Counted from the first letter of the stretch, positions 49,479 through 62,263 are shown. The stretch: 64,000 bases of DNA from Octopus vulgaris (GCA_951406725.2 OX597824.1:66526001-66590000), one strand, 5' to 3'. The notes: generated from the sequence alone by a model not told the origin. A program made the numbers and translations.

Positions 49479-50784
49479 AATTATTGTATACAGTGCTCAC
49501 AGTGCTAAAAATTTCTCACAGTGCTAAAAATCTGTAAGGAATAAAAAAACTCAGTTGAAAGGATTCCAAAATGTGTGCCTGGTACTTATTTTATTGGCCC
49601 ACAAGTGATGGAAAAGATGAAAAGTGAAAATTAATGTTACCCCTGTAGAAAATCACCAATTGAGTATGGGTACATTTATTGCGTCAGGTAATTTAGTGTG
49701 AGAGCATTATTTATGTCTGCTAATTTGTAGTGTGAAAATCGGTAAAAGGAAAAATATCAGAAGATAACTTTTATAATGAAAATATGTTTTATATAACAAG
49801 AGCTGACAAGTAGTAAGATGTGTAACAAGGCGTGTGTGTGTGAGTCAGGGTAAAGCTGTTATCACTTACATTTAAAATATGGAATTTGTATAAAGCAAGA
49901 GCTGATATAATTCAGAGTTAGCTGTGCTAAGTTGATGTAAAAAACAAAGAGCTGTTCCACTTTGAAAGAGAGATTTGAGATAATTCAGAGCTAGTGAATG
50001 CAAAGTTGGTGTGCAAGACAAAGTGGCTGTTCCATGTCGAAAGACAGCTGTTACTCTTCTGCTGTCTATCTACTAACTAAATTAAAAGTCCCACTTCTTT
50101 TCATGGGTAGAGAACTGTCTCTAGTATTCATATGTGCCCAGCCCCGATTGGCTGGAGTATGCGGTTGCACAACTCTGCTATGATGCAACAACAAAAATAG
50201 CTTTCCTGATTCACTACACCCTTTATCTGAAATAAGAATATTATTAGACAAAACTGAAAACTGTAAGTCAATTACTATTTAATTCTACCATTTTTACTAT
50301 AGAATCCGAGTTTCTTACCATGGAATATTTATTGCTTCTGCCCTTGCAGAACTATGATCAAAGATATTTCACTTTTTACTGTCTTGTTCTTTTTTTCCTA
50401 AAGTAATTATGAAATGTGCCCTTCCACTTTTAATAGATTTGGGTGTGAATGGGGAAAAATTTGCCTGCTATTTCTAGCAGGTTGAGTGACCACATACTGT
50501 ACCCTTGTTGGTTCATTTGTGAAGGAGGTATTGCCTGCTCAGTCTTCTACCTTTCATCTTCTACTTGTTTTAGTCATTAGACTATGGCTATGCTAGAGGC
50601 ATTGCCTTGGACAGTTTAGTGAAACAAATCAACCCTGGTAATTTTGTTTTAAAGTCTGGTATAATTTCTATTGGACTCTTTTTGCCAAACTGTTAAGTTA
50701 TGGGAATGTAAACAAACCAATATCAGTTGTCAATTGGTGGGAGGAACAAATACAGACAACACACATGCATACACATTTATATAT

Positions 50785-51030
50785 ATCATCATCATCATCA
50801 TCGTTTAACGTCCATTTTCCATGCTAGCATGGGTTGGACGGTTCGACCGGGGTCTGGGAAGCCAGGAGGCTATGCTAGGCTCCAGTCCAATCTGGCAGTG
50901 TTTCTACAGCTGAATGCCCTTCCTAATGCCAACCACTCTGTGAGTGTTGTGGGTGCTTTTTACGTGCCACCGGCACAGGGGCCAGAGGAGGCTGGTAAAC
51001 GGCCATGATCAGTTGGTGCTTTTTACGTGT
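50785..51030 (-). mobile_element. RTE 3' end
   Basis: (CAT)n tail and terminal motif. Confidence 0.85.
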
Positions 51031-51033
51031 CAT

Positions 51034-52026
51034 TGGATGTGTAATGTCAGTACTCATGGATGTGTAATGTCAGTACTCATACTCGACAGAGTGTAAGTAC
51101 CTTGAGAGAAAAGCTGGACCTAAGAAGCATCAGTTGTGGTGTGCAAGAGAGATGTTTGCGCTGGTATGGGCATGTAGCGAGAATGGATGAAGATAGTTGT
51201 GTGAAAAAGGGCCACACCCTAGCGGTTGAGGGAACCTGTGGAAGAGGCAGACCCAGGAAAACCTGAGACGAGGTGGTGAAGCACGACCTTCGAACTTTAG
51301 GTCTCACTGAGGAAATGACTAGAGACCAAGACCTCTGGAAGTGTGCTGTGCACGAGAAGACCCGGCAGGACAACTGAGACCATAACCCGTGGCCTTCTAC
51401 ATGGGATGGAGCCAACCTACGTATGCATACCTTCCCTTCTTGGGACACAAAACTCTACTTGTGAAGACCTGTTGAGGCAAGTGAGGATCAGAATCGAAAT
51501 CGATCAATGGAAATTGCAGCTGTGTTACCAGTGCCGGTGGCACGTAAGAGAACCATCCGTTCGTGACCGTTGCCAGCACCGCCCCGACTGGCCTCGTGCC
51601 GGTGGCACGTAAAAAGCACCATCCGTTCGTGTCCGTTGCCAGCCTCGCCTGGCCCCCATGCCGGTGGCACATAAAAGCACCATCTGCTCGTGTCCGTTGC
51701 CAGCCTCGCCTGGCCCCCGTGCCGGTGGCATGTAAAAGCATCATCCGTTCGTGTCCGTTGCCAGCCTCGCCTGGCCCCGTGCCGGTGGCATGTAAAAGCA
51801 CCATCCGTTCGTGGCCGTTTGCCAGCTCTGTCTGGCACCTGTGCGGGTGGCACGTAAAAAGCACCCACTACACTCACAGAGTGGTTGGCGTTAGGAAGGG
51901 CATCCAGCCGTAGAAACACTGCCAGATCTGACTGGGCCTGATGAAGCCTTCCGGCTTCACAGACCCCAGTTGAACCGTCCAACCCATGCTAGCATGGAAA
52001 ACGGACGCTAAATGATGATGATGATG
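51034..52026 (+). mobile_element. Young 5'-truncated RTE LINE with a repeat-containing 3' UTR
   Basis: WMCNVS...LRWYGHVARMDEDSCVKK...GRGRPRKT, CpG-rich UTR and (TGA)n tail. Confidence 0.9.
51530..51865 (+). repeat. ~60-bp tandem array (5-6 units) within the RTE 3' UTR
   Basis: Unit GTGCCGGTGGCACGTAAAAAGCACCATCCGTTCGTGTCCGTTGCCAGCCTCGCCTGGCCCCC. Confidence 0.95.
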
Positions 52027-52901
52027 ACACAGACACCAGTTAGGCAGCGCTGACATCAACCACGTTTAGAAAGTACTTTTTATGGCACTGGGCTTCCTCA
52101 CTACTTTTGTCTCCCAAATTCATTAACAAGGCATTGGTTGGGCTGGGGTTCTAGTAGAAGACATTTACATAAGGTGTTGCACATTAGTGGGACAGAAGCT
52201 GAAAGTAAGTCGTCACAAAGTGAACTTCTTAGCTACACAAAAAAGCTCTCATTCCAGGCCTCTTTCTTTTCTTTGTAAAAAGATCCCAACCTACTTAGTC
52301 TGGATTTGTTTCATAAAGAGCTTACATTTTGATTGAAAAGAGTCTACCCAGTTCTTAACATTTATTATAAAGAAGTCACAACCCACATAGAGCATACATC
52401 TTACCCAGAGCTTACCCCACCACATCCACCACCACATCAATTTTAACCATCTGAAAATGAAATATGAATGGCTAACAAAAACATAATCAACTCCACTCCC
52501 ACCATACCAGTCCATCAATGTTCAATGAAGGTCTCAAACTGCACCAAACTGACACACATGATGAGAAATTTGTCAATCAATTAGGCAGTGAGCAAACACC
52601 ATTGTGAATGTCTTAATCAAATAAGACCAACCTACATGCCATTATTACTTTCTCAAACAATGGTCCGTGTTGAAATCTTACTGGATTCTAATTGGAAGAC
52701 GAAACTCGGTAAATATGATGTTGCCATAGCTGAACATTTCAATATTTTGTGTGACTGATTCTTCTCCGTTGTATTATTTGTTAGAGACCGTCAGGGTGGA
52801 AAAACACCAACATCAGTTTCACCATTTCGTTCAGGAACTAATCTGAATTTTACTGTCTTCTACTTAAAAAAAAACCCCAGAAAACAAAAAAGGACTTTGT
52901 C

Positions 52902-52914
52902 ATGGATGCTTCAG
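52902..52914 (+). CDS. PH-domain gene, probable coding exon 1 (MDAS-G)
   Basis: gtcATGG start and strong donor CAG|gtaaga. Phase 1 fits the next exon. Confidence 0.6.
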
Positions 52915-52984
52915 GTAAGATATGTGTGTGTGTATGTGTGTATATGTGTGTGTGTGTGTATGGATATATATATATATATATCGC

Positions 52985-53170
52985 TATGGTAGATCGTTAG
53001 CCACTACACACATTTTTTCTCTCCTTGTTTTTTCTGTGTCCCTTTCTGTAGAAGAGCGTAAGCTCGAAACGTAAAAGACTTTTTTTTATTCCTGAGCATT
53101 ATACTAATACATCTGTTTGTTTTGTACACCACCTGTCTTCATCTTTTGTTTTTTCATAAACTCTCCCTAT
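52985..53170 (+). mobile_element. Solo PLE terminal repeat, same family as the 3' end at 46000-46075
   Basis: Shared 'tagatcg..agccactacaca...ctctccttgttt...ctttctgt.gaagagcgta.gctc', flanked by (TA)n. Confidence 0.75.
53042..53077 (+). ncRNA. Minimal hammerhead variant
   Basis: CUUU-CUGUAGA-A-GAGC(GUAA)GCUC-GAAAC-GUA^-AAAG. Helix III is the ACGU palindrome and the core carries A6U. Confidence 0.6.
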
Positions 53171-53196
53171 ATATATATCTATATATATACATACAT

Positions 53197-53229
<33 letters not shown>

Positions 53230-53462
53230 CGCACTTGTGTATGTATTAATATTTGTCTTTATGTCAAGTTAATATATAAAAACTATTTAACTTTAAATGC
53301 AAGGAATCCACTACTTTTAGCAGATGCTTATTAAACTTTTACAAGAATTGGGATGACAGTAACATTGAAGCTTTGGCCTGCCAGTCTTTGACAGATTAAG
53401 TATGCATGTGTATGTGTTTGAGTGTACAAACGAAATGTATAGACTATATAGACAATAGACTA

Positions 53463-53512
<50 letters not shown>

Positions 53513-54047
53513 CAGTAATAAAGGCGGTGCTCCAGCATGGCCGCAGTCAAATGACTGAAACAAGTAAAAGAGTAAAAGAGTAAAAGAGAGAGTAATACCC
53601 ATCATTGATCGGGTAATTACTTTTACTCCTTCTCAGGTGCCACATTCAAAGTGTTATATATATAGATTTACTCCTCCTGTATGTGTGTATTTTATAAGAA
53701 AAAAAAAACATGTAATAGTTGAAGTAGAAAGAAGATCAATTTTATACAAGAACTTCTATTTGTTTAGTATCTGACAATGATAAGTGAGTTGTGTGTGTAT
53801 TTTCTATATCAATACAGTAATGGCAATTATATAAGACACACAGCTTTGGTCGGCATGGAGCTGTAATGAAAGAGAATTGCCCAACGTGCCACACAGTGGG
53901 ACTGAACCCAAGGCAACTTGGTTGGAAAGCAAGCTTCTCATACTCCTTGATACAATATGCTTAATAAAAAGAGGGGATGTTTATGGCAAGAAAACCTTTG
54001 ATTTTAATATTTACTCGAGCAACGCAACAACTAACAATGGTACACTA

Positions 54048-54534
54048 TATAGGGCGTTCCAGAATTAACTGTTTCAATGAAATTGAGCAAATTTTAAAAA
54101 ACTGACAGAATTTTATGGTTATCATCAAAACAAATAAATTGATAAATCTTATGTCAAACTTTTATTGAAAATTTCCAATATCTCTGTATCCCTGCATACT
54201 ATAAATCTCCCCTTAGCATTGTGAAACACATTTTGAAGCATTTCAGGAGTTAGCTCCAGCACTGCTAATTAAATATGTTCTTTAAGTTCAGCTAAACGAT
54301 TTGCTCCATCTTGGGGATGGAGGTAAAGAAAATGATTGCTATCAAATTGAAAAGAAAAGCTGTCATGGACAAATAAGATGGGTCCAACAAGAATGAAAAT
54401 AAAATTATTAGCAAAATTCAAAATACACTTTCAACACATATTAAACATGATAAACATAGATAAAAGTGAAGTGAGTTTTACAAAAAATACATCCGATTTC
54501 ATTCAAATCATCATTAATTCTGAGACACCCTGTA
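54048..54534. mobile_element. Tc1/mariner-type MITE
   Basis: TIRs tatagggcgttccagaattaa / ttaattctgagacaccctgta. Confidence 0.65.
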
Positions 54535-55195
54535 TTTACTTGTCCGACTAAATGGGGGGTGCTAATTGCAGGTGGTGAGTGTAGATTCCGGAAGTAGTCA
54601 CGCAGTCAAACTCAAATGACTGTGAGTCACAACAACAGTTTGTTTTTTTGGGTAAAGGCACAACAAATCCATTCGTCCATTCTTCAGAAGTGCCCTGTTG
54701 GTGTTTCATGTTTCCAATCCTGTGCAATGCAGCATGGCCTGTCTGCTTTCTATGTCGTCCATGTCTGAACAATATAATTATGATGATGGTGATGAGATAA
54801 TGTGTGTACTTGAATTCAATGTTCAAGGAGAGAAAAATACAAAGAGGGCTTAATACAAGTTATACCAGTTATTTATAGCTATGACAGATTTATTTTATAT
54901 TTTAGCAGAGAAACTATGCTTTCAGTTTTACCAGGATCATCAGAAACTGATGATATTTTAAATCTAAATAACAGAAAAATAATTTCAACTTATTTTGGGT
55001 GATTTTGAAATAGTTATATTCACATACACAACATAAATGTAGCTATGCAATAAGAAGTTTGCTTCTTAACCATATGAGTTTAGGTTCACTCTCACTTCAA
55101 GGCAGCTTAAGCAAGTGTCTTCTACTATAGCTTCAGGCTGACTAAAGCAATATGAGTGGATTTTATACACAAAATTACAAAAATCCATATATTAA

Positions 55196-55230
<35 letters not shown>

Positions 55231-55579
55231 GATATGTATGTGTGTATATACAAAGACACACATAAATATAAATATACACATGCATACATATATAACATAT
55301 ATATATATATGAATACACACACATACATGCATACATACATGCATACATACACACACATACATACATACATACATACGTACATACATGCATAAATACATAA
55401 ATATATACATATATTCATTTTTATTATAAGTTATACAATACTCAATTTTTCTTATTGGGAGCATTTTTCCTGTATGTATAAATAACTATTAATACACATT
55501 TAGGATACAGCCTCTTAATGTTTAATTTATTTTTGGTGGTTTACCTGTTTGATTAATTAACAGTTTGATATACATACAG

Positions 55580-55624
55580 GTATACCAATTCAAGTGAAAA
55601 CTGGCTTTATCATCCATTACCACA
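55580..55624 (+). CDS. PH-domain gene exon 2 (GIPIQVKTGFIIHYH-K)
   Basis: acag acceptor, gtaagt donor, phase 1/1. Supplies PH strand beta1 (KxG-phi-phi). Confidence 0.75.
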
Positions 55625-55932
55625 GTAAGTATAAAGAAAAAATTACATACAAAAGTACATATGTGTGTGTGTATGTGAAATGGAAATGAGCTAAAAGAAA
55701 TGACTTAGTGACCAAGGTATGTAGCTGAACAACAAAGACAATTAAAAGTATATTAAATAACATTGTCACCTATTGACTTTTGTTTAGCATCCATTTTATT
55801 CTAGTAGCTCTTATGTTTTCAGTGGTCTTTAGGATCTTGTAATGAGCGAATGCTTAAAAAAAAATACAGGAAAATTCTTGATTTATTGAAATTATCCTTG
55901 CTTCCAGTAAAGGTTGACCAATCGCTTAGTAC

Positions 55933-56918
55933 TATTACGAACCACCTGCCGTCACTCAAACTCTTCGGAAAACCCGGGACCCTACCAAGTCAAGCGACGA
56001 CGATTTACCGGCCTGATCGATTGGTGAACTTGCCACGGACCCAGGGAGAGAGAGAATTCGGTGGGGGAAAGGCGGCAGTGAACTCGGCAGCCGGTGACCG
56101 GAGATAACAACAACAACAACAGGAGGAAGAGATACAGAGAGACACGGCAGAAGGCAATTTGGCTTACATTTAACAACAGTTTATACAATTATTACAACAT
56201 CAAATAAATCAAAGAAAATGCAAGAAAACAAGAAAACAACAAATCAAAGCATTTAAACAGTTTACGTCGAATCAAAACAAATAATGTTCACATTAACGAT
56301 ACAGTTCAATGTTCAAATCACATTAAAGTCTTTCTCTTTCTTTTTCAACACGTATCAACAACTCTGTAACACAATTCACAATGTTCTTTATAATCTCATT
56401 TCTTTTTCTCTTTAGCACTGTTCTTTCTTTTTCCTCTTTCCTTCTTTTTTTTCACATCAATTCTCTTTTTAGTTCAGCACATCAAAATACAACAACCAAA
56501 AGACACAAACAAAACTTTACCGAACATTCTTTCCCGTCTGCAACAATTTCAGAAAACTACTACCGTAATCGCCATGCCCTCTCGCCGCAATCTCTCTCAG
56601 TTCCTTAATCTTCTCTGCCTGTCTTCCTCTTTCACGTTCACTGTCACAGCAGAAACAACCTGTTACTAACTCGCTCTGTCCTCAACTGTCCAACAGACTC
56701 ACATCTCCTGCTTTTTATAGGGTGTTTCCTCGAACTTTCTTTCACCTGAAAAGGGTCGAAGGTCTCCCCAGAACTCATCAATCCACCTGAATCTGACAGG
56801 ACAAAGGATTTATTTATAAAAGTCGGTCGCAAGCACTGTCCCTGAATTGACCCCCATAACAGTACCAACTCTGGACGAGAAAGGGAGATAATCTCAAGAA
56901 TAAAGAATTCTATTGACA
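55933..56918 (-). mobile_element. Possible solo LTR (CpG-rich insertion of ~1 kb)
   Basis: Minus strand begins TGTCAATAG, has CCTATAAAAG and ends CGTAATA. Composition differs from the flanks. No TSD found. Confidence 0.35.
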
Positions 56919-58166
56919 AATCCTTAAGGAATAGACCCTCTGAGTCTTTGAAGGAAAACAGTGGGCATATGTTTCTGCCTCAGTTGGCCTCATCAGTATA
57001 AAAATGTCCTGCTTTATCTTCAGCAAATGAGACATTTAGGCATGTACAAAAAAAAAAAAGAAAACATTTATGGCCCTGGTAATTTGCATAAATGAAATGA
57101 AAATCAGCTTTCAGAAATAACTGAGTGGATAGTGGCATGTAGTTAAAAATGAACATGAATAATACTATATTATATAACATATAAGATAAATACTTGATTT
57201 ATTGATATTATTTCCACTTCCGGAGAGGTAGATCGATCACATAGAATTTACATACATACATACATATATAATTTTATGCTTTTGTATACTGTAAAATTTG
57301 AACAAAGAACTTTTGTGAGTTTCGTAACTCCTTGTGAGTTTGTTTAATCCTTGTGAGTTTGTTAATTTCTCATGAGTTTGTTAATTCCTTGTCGGCAATG
57401 TTGTAATCCAATGTTGGACTGTTATATCACCCACTCCGGTATAGCAGTATAATTAGTTAGACTGACTACCCACCGACCTCTTGATGTCACTGTATTTGTA
57501 ATGACTAGCACATATCACTTGTCACATGGGAGGGGTATTTCATTATCATTATTATCCTCATAACAGATTAATAACCCTTTAGCATTCAGATTACTCTGCT
57601 AAATGTAATGCTTATTTATTGACATTGTTTTAAATTAATCATGCATTATCTAATAGCTTCCAGATTTAAATAATGTGATTGTTTATTTTTAGAATGACAT
57701 TGTAGGGTAACCCGAAAGGTTGGATTTGGCTGGTTAGGAACTTGAAGCAGGTGGAATATTTAGGCTAGATATGGCTGGTTTAAATGCTAATAGGTTACGG
57801 TGGTCAATAACAGACTTGGTAACATGCTGGATCAAATGCCTTATGATATCTAAGTGGATCTGTGCTTCTGTATTGTAGCTTCACATTTTATCAGAGCATG
57901 GGACCTTATAGTAGAAAGGGCAAATTTAGTGACAACTGCATATCTTGACTGGTAATTATTCTATCTACTCCTAACAGCCATGAGCTCAACACCCACACCA
58001 GTAAGCCATTTGTCGTTACTAGATGCTCTATTTCATAAGAAAATAAAAAATGGAATGTCCATAATAAAACTATTTGATAAGAGCTGAGCTAAAGTTTAAA
58101 AAAAAAGACCTTTTGAATTTACATTGAGATTATTAGGATTATTGGAATTATTGTTATTCATTTCAG

Positions 58167-58282
58167 AAAAACTATTTTCTAAAGACTGGAAAAAGAAATA
58201 TTTAGTATTGAATAGCGACAGTAATCTGGAATGGTTTGAAGATGAAGAATGCAAATCTTTGGAAGGTGTTGTTAATTTGAAG
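58167..58282 (+). CDS. PH-domain gene exon 3 (KLFSKDWKKKYLVLNSDSNLEWFEDEECKSLEGVVNLK)
   Basis: WKKxYxVL...LxxF...GxxNL PH pattern. Phase 1/0. Confidence 0.9.
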
Positions 58283-58509
58283 GTATCTCATTATCTTCTA
58301 TCCTTTACTTATTTCACTCATTGGACTGTGACCATGCTGGGGCACTACTGCAAAGGGTTTAGTCACACAAATCGATCACAGTGCTTATTTTAAAGTTTGG
58401 TACTTATTCCATCAGATTTTTTTGTCTTTTTTGCCAAACCATTAAGTAACAGGGATGTAAATAAACCAACACTAGTTGTCAAGTTGTGTGTAATGGGGAC
58501 AAATACTAA

Positions 58510-58905
58510 CATACATACATACATACATACATACATACATACATACGTACGTACGTACATGCATGCATGCATGCATACATACATACATACATACATACAT
58601 ACATACATACATACATACATGCATACATACATACGTACATACATGCATGCATGCATGCATACATACATACATACATACATACATTCAATGCATATGTCTA
58701 ATTGACTTTTGTTGTTTTTTCCTGTGTTTATATATATATATATATATATATATACATGCAAACGTACATACATACATACATACATACATGCATGCATGCA
58801 TGCATGCATACATACATACATACATACATACATACATGCATGCATGCATACATACATACATACATACATACATACATACATACATACATACATACATACA
58901 TACGT
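58510..58905. repeat. (ACAT)n/(GCAT)n microsatellite blocks inside a SINE B copy
   Basis: Read directly. Similar arrays at 45470-45610, 55310-55390, 59921-60110, 60722-60850 and 63835-64000. Confidence 0.95.
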
Positions 58906-59068
58906 GTGTGTGCGTATGTGTGTGTGTGTGAGGTGATTCCCTACAGTTTCTGTCAGCCAAATTCGTTCACAAGGCACTGGTTAACTTAAGGCTCTGGTAG
59001 ACAGTTTTAATGCCTTTACTGATCTCGTGCCAAACAAGGAATTTAGTTCTTTCCTTTTTATTTCCCAG

Positions 59069-59232
59069 CAAATAATGTCATTCCTAGCCATTGGTGAAGC
59101 AGCCAAGTATGTTCCTGGTAAACCTAAACTGCCACCTTATGGACAAGATAAGCTTTTAATGGCTGTACCAGACAAACCTTGTAGAAGCAGCAAGATTGAA
59201 TGGTTCTTATTCGCGGATGCAGACAACTTATG
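59069..59232 (+). CDS. PH-domain gene exon 4 ([23 protein letters not shown]...IEWFLFADADNL-W)
   Basis: cccag acceptor, gtaagt donor, phase 0/2. Confidence 0.88.
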
Positions 59233-59917
59233 GTAAGTAGAATGGATAAGGTAAGCTTTCTTATTTATGGATGCCATTGTTGTTTAACCCCAAGGTCAAC
59301 TCCAATTGAGTTGTCCTATAATTAAAAGCATTCTAGCTTTAGTCTTAGATTTTCATTTCAGACTTAACCCTTTCTCTATCCAAAACATTTTCACAAGTTT
59401 GTTCTAAATGTCAGTGCTTGTTTTCAGATTTTTAGTTTACCCCTGTTTCATACATTCTGAGTTATAGGTCTCAAGTTACCTTATTGGTTAAAAAAAAAAA
59501 TTGGGAATGTGTGTCATATCTGGGCATCAGAAAAATATCTCCTGTGTATCCCATGTGATAGTGTCAGGGTTATGATATGTTGCAGATGTCTGAAATATCT
59601 TCTCTCCAGTGTATTGCCATGAATGTTCCAAGATGGTCGGGTTTTTCTTTCCTTAATACTTGTGTTGGACATTGGACTGCAGTCTGAGGTACTGATTTGA
59701 AGGGTTTCAGTCTAATGAATTAACCCCTTTACTTTTATTATAAGCTTGGGGCTTTTTTTGTATTGGTCATTTTGCTGAGCTAGGTTGCAAAAACATAAAC
59801 AAACTGGTTATCAAGTGGCGGAAGAGGAATAAATACTCATATACAGACACATGTAGACACACACACATACATGGCCACACATAGGTGAAGCAACCAAGTA
59901 TGTCCCTGGTAAACCTA

Positions 59918-59977
<60 letters not shown>

Positions 59978-59978
59978 A

Positions 59979-60034
<56 letters not shown>

Positions 60035-60062
60035 TACATACATATATACATACATACATACA

Positions 60063-60098
<36 letters not shown>

Positions 60099-60392
60099 TG
60101 TATGTATATATGTATGTATGGATGTATATATTTACACAACAGGCTTCCACAGAGTTTCTGTTTTCCAAATTCACTCTCAAGGCACTGGTCAACCTGAGTC
60201 TATAGTAGAAGATATACACCCAAGGTACTGCACAATAGAAGTCAACCTGATATCATATGATTGCAAAACAAATTTCTTAATCAAACACCCATGCCTGAAC
60301 CTATGTGGATATATTCGATCATTTTAATTATTAATTATTTTTTATTAGTTGCTTATTCATTCTGAATTCTTCATTTTTTTTTCTCATTCCAG

Positions 60393-60420
60393 GAGTTGGC
60401 TTGAAGCTATTAAAACAACT
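60393..60420 (+). CDS. PH-domain gene exon 5 (W-SWLEAIKTT); gene continues beyond the window
   Basis: ttccag acceptor, gtaagt donor, phase 2/0. Encodes the PH C-terminal helix WxxAI. The architecture is reminiscent of evectin/PLEKHB-like proteins, but this is not confirmed. Confidence 0.88.
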
Positions 60421-61701
60421 GTAAGTGCCAATATTTAACCTGCAAATCTGATATATAACTCACACTTTGATCCCTTACCTTTTTTCCTTTCACATTTTCT
60501 AAAATAGTTTGATTTTTTTATTATTGTGAAGATATACTATCCTTTACCTTTTATCTTTGACTTGCTTCAGTTAATGGACTGTGGCTATGCTGGCAGATCG
60601 CCCCTAGTACTTATTTTGGTACTTATTCTAATAGTCTCTTTTGTTGAACTGTTAAGTTAAAGGGATGTAAACAAACCATCACCTATTGACAGGTACTGGT
60701 GGGGATAAGCATAACACAAAGATACATACATACATACATACATACATACATACATACATACATACATGCATACATGCATGCACACATACATACATACATA
60801 CATACATACATACATACATACATACATACATACATACATACATACATACACACGACAAACTTCTTTCAGTCTCTTTCTACCAATCCACTTACAGGGGTTT
60901 GGTCGGCCAAGGACTATAGTAGTAGACACTTACTCAAGGTATCACACTGTGGGACTAAACCCAAGACCACATGGTTGAGAAGCAAGCTTCTTAACCATAC
61001 ATCCACACCTGTGCCTACATGCTCATTTTAACATAAACACTAAACCTGAGGTTTGTGGGGAGAAGTATAGATGATTGCATCAACTCCATTAATTCACTGG
61101 TGTATTTACCAAACACCAGAACGATTAAAGATAAAGTTGCCTCCAGCAGGATTTGCACTTGGAATGTAAAAGATTGCAATTAAATACTGCAAGACATTTT
61201 GTCTGAGACTAATAATTTTACCTTGAGTATTTGTACAAATCTCAGAATACCGAGTACTTCGAAGAAAAATTCCACTACCTCATACCTCTCTTATCACAAT
61301 CTTTCATGCCTATATTGTTCATGCTTCTTACTCTGCAAAGAGGTGGACAAGCAAGAAAATATATGGGGTTGTGAGATCCCTTTAGTCACGATGAGGACAT
61401 GGCTACTTCTCTAGTGCTGATGTCATGAAAAACAGTTCAGTACACTCTGTGAAGTGGTTTGTGTTCGGAAGAACACTCAGCTGTAGAAACCAAGTCAGAA
61501 AGAAATGCTGAGTTAGATGAGGTGCTCAGCAGCCCATCTAGTTGAATAAACCTACCCATGTGCTAGCATGGACAGTAAACATGCACACACACACATCTTG
61601 AGGATATTTGTTATAGGTATAAGAATATACCATAAACAAGTATTAAAAAAACGGAGAGATGTTGAAACAGATGTAGATTTATTATAAAACTGAATTCATT
61701 G

Positions 61702-61856
61702 CATACATACGTTTCGAAATACAATGCAAAAATGTAAGAAAATATTTTAATCATAGTGATTATGATCATAATTGAAAATAAAAAATTAAAATTAAGAATA
61801 AATATAAAAATAAAATTTAAAGTTTAATTTATGCATTGTCATTCTCATCATTGATG
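61702..61856 (-). ncRNA. Decayed hammerhead-like motif with a very long helix II
   Basis: CAUCA-AUGAUGA-GAAUGACAAUGCAUAAAU...AUUUUUGCAUUGUAUUUC-GAAAC-GUA^-UGUAUG, followed by AAUAAA. Confidence 0.45.
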
Positions 61857-62263
61857 AATCTTTTGAAGGACATCAAAAAAAGTTTAATAAGATGAAGTAA
61901 AATGAGATAAAAATAAAATAGGATACAATAAGAGAACACAGATGGGGCAATAAGGAAAATCTGGTAATTTACAAACCAAGTTGCGAACAGGAAAAATAAT
62001 GATATCAACAATAATAATGGTGAGAGAGACAAAAATCTAAAAATAAAAAAATATATATCAATGTGTATGCAAGTGTATATGTGCAGTAAAACTATGACAT
62101 AAGAATCTAACGGATGTGTTTAAAAAAAATAATAATAATAGACAACGTTCTAGATGAAATACAGTGTAAACAAGGCTACATGTGTCTCTTAGAGTACATT
62201 GTATATATACATATATATTTACACATATATATACACATACACACACACATATATATACATATA

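Noticed and set aside
51530-51865. CRISPR-like array of palindromic repeats
   Set aside because: Whole units repeat with no unique spacers. The array lies in a LINE 3' UTR, the context is eukaryotic and there are no cas genes.
51938-51960. CTGATGA plus hairpin as a hammerhead
   Set aside because: There is no GAAA or cleavage triplet, and sister copies do not have CTGATGA here.
52660-52708. Alternative first exon MVRVEILLDSNWKTKL-G (phase 1) for the PH gene
   Set aside because: Formally compatible, but the donor is weaker than at 52914 and there is no independent support.
54905-54950. Minus-strand CTGATGA...GAAA followed by AATAAA
   Set aside because: No credible helix I or II. At most an unrecognisably decayed PLE end.
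57313-57392. 19-bp tandem repeat x4
   Set aside because: An ordinary minisatellite with no associated structure.
58390-58989. Long ORFs rich in MYVC/HTYI (also 32538-32888, 45425-45958, 55125-55464, 60657-61031)
   Set aside because: These are translations of stop-free microsatellites.
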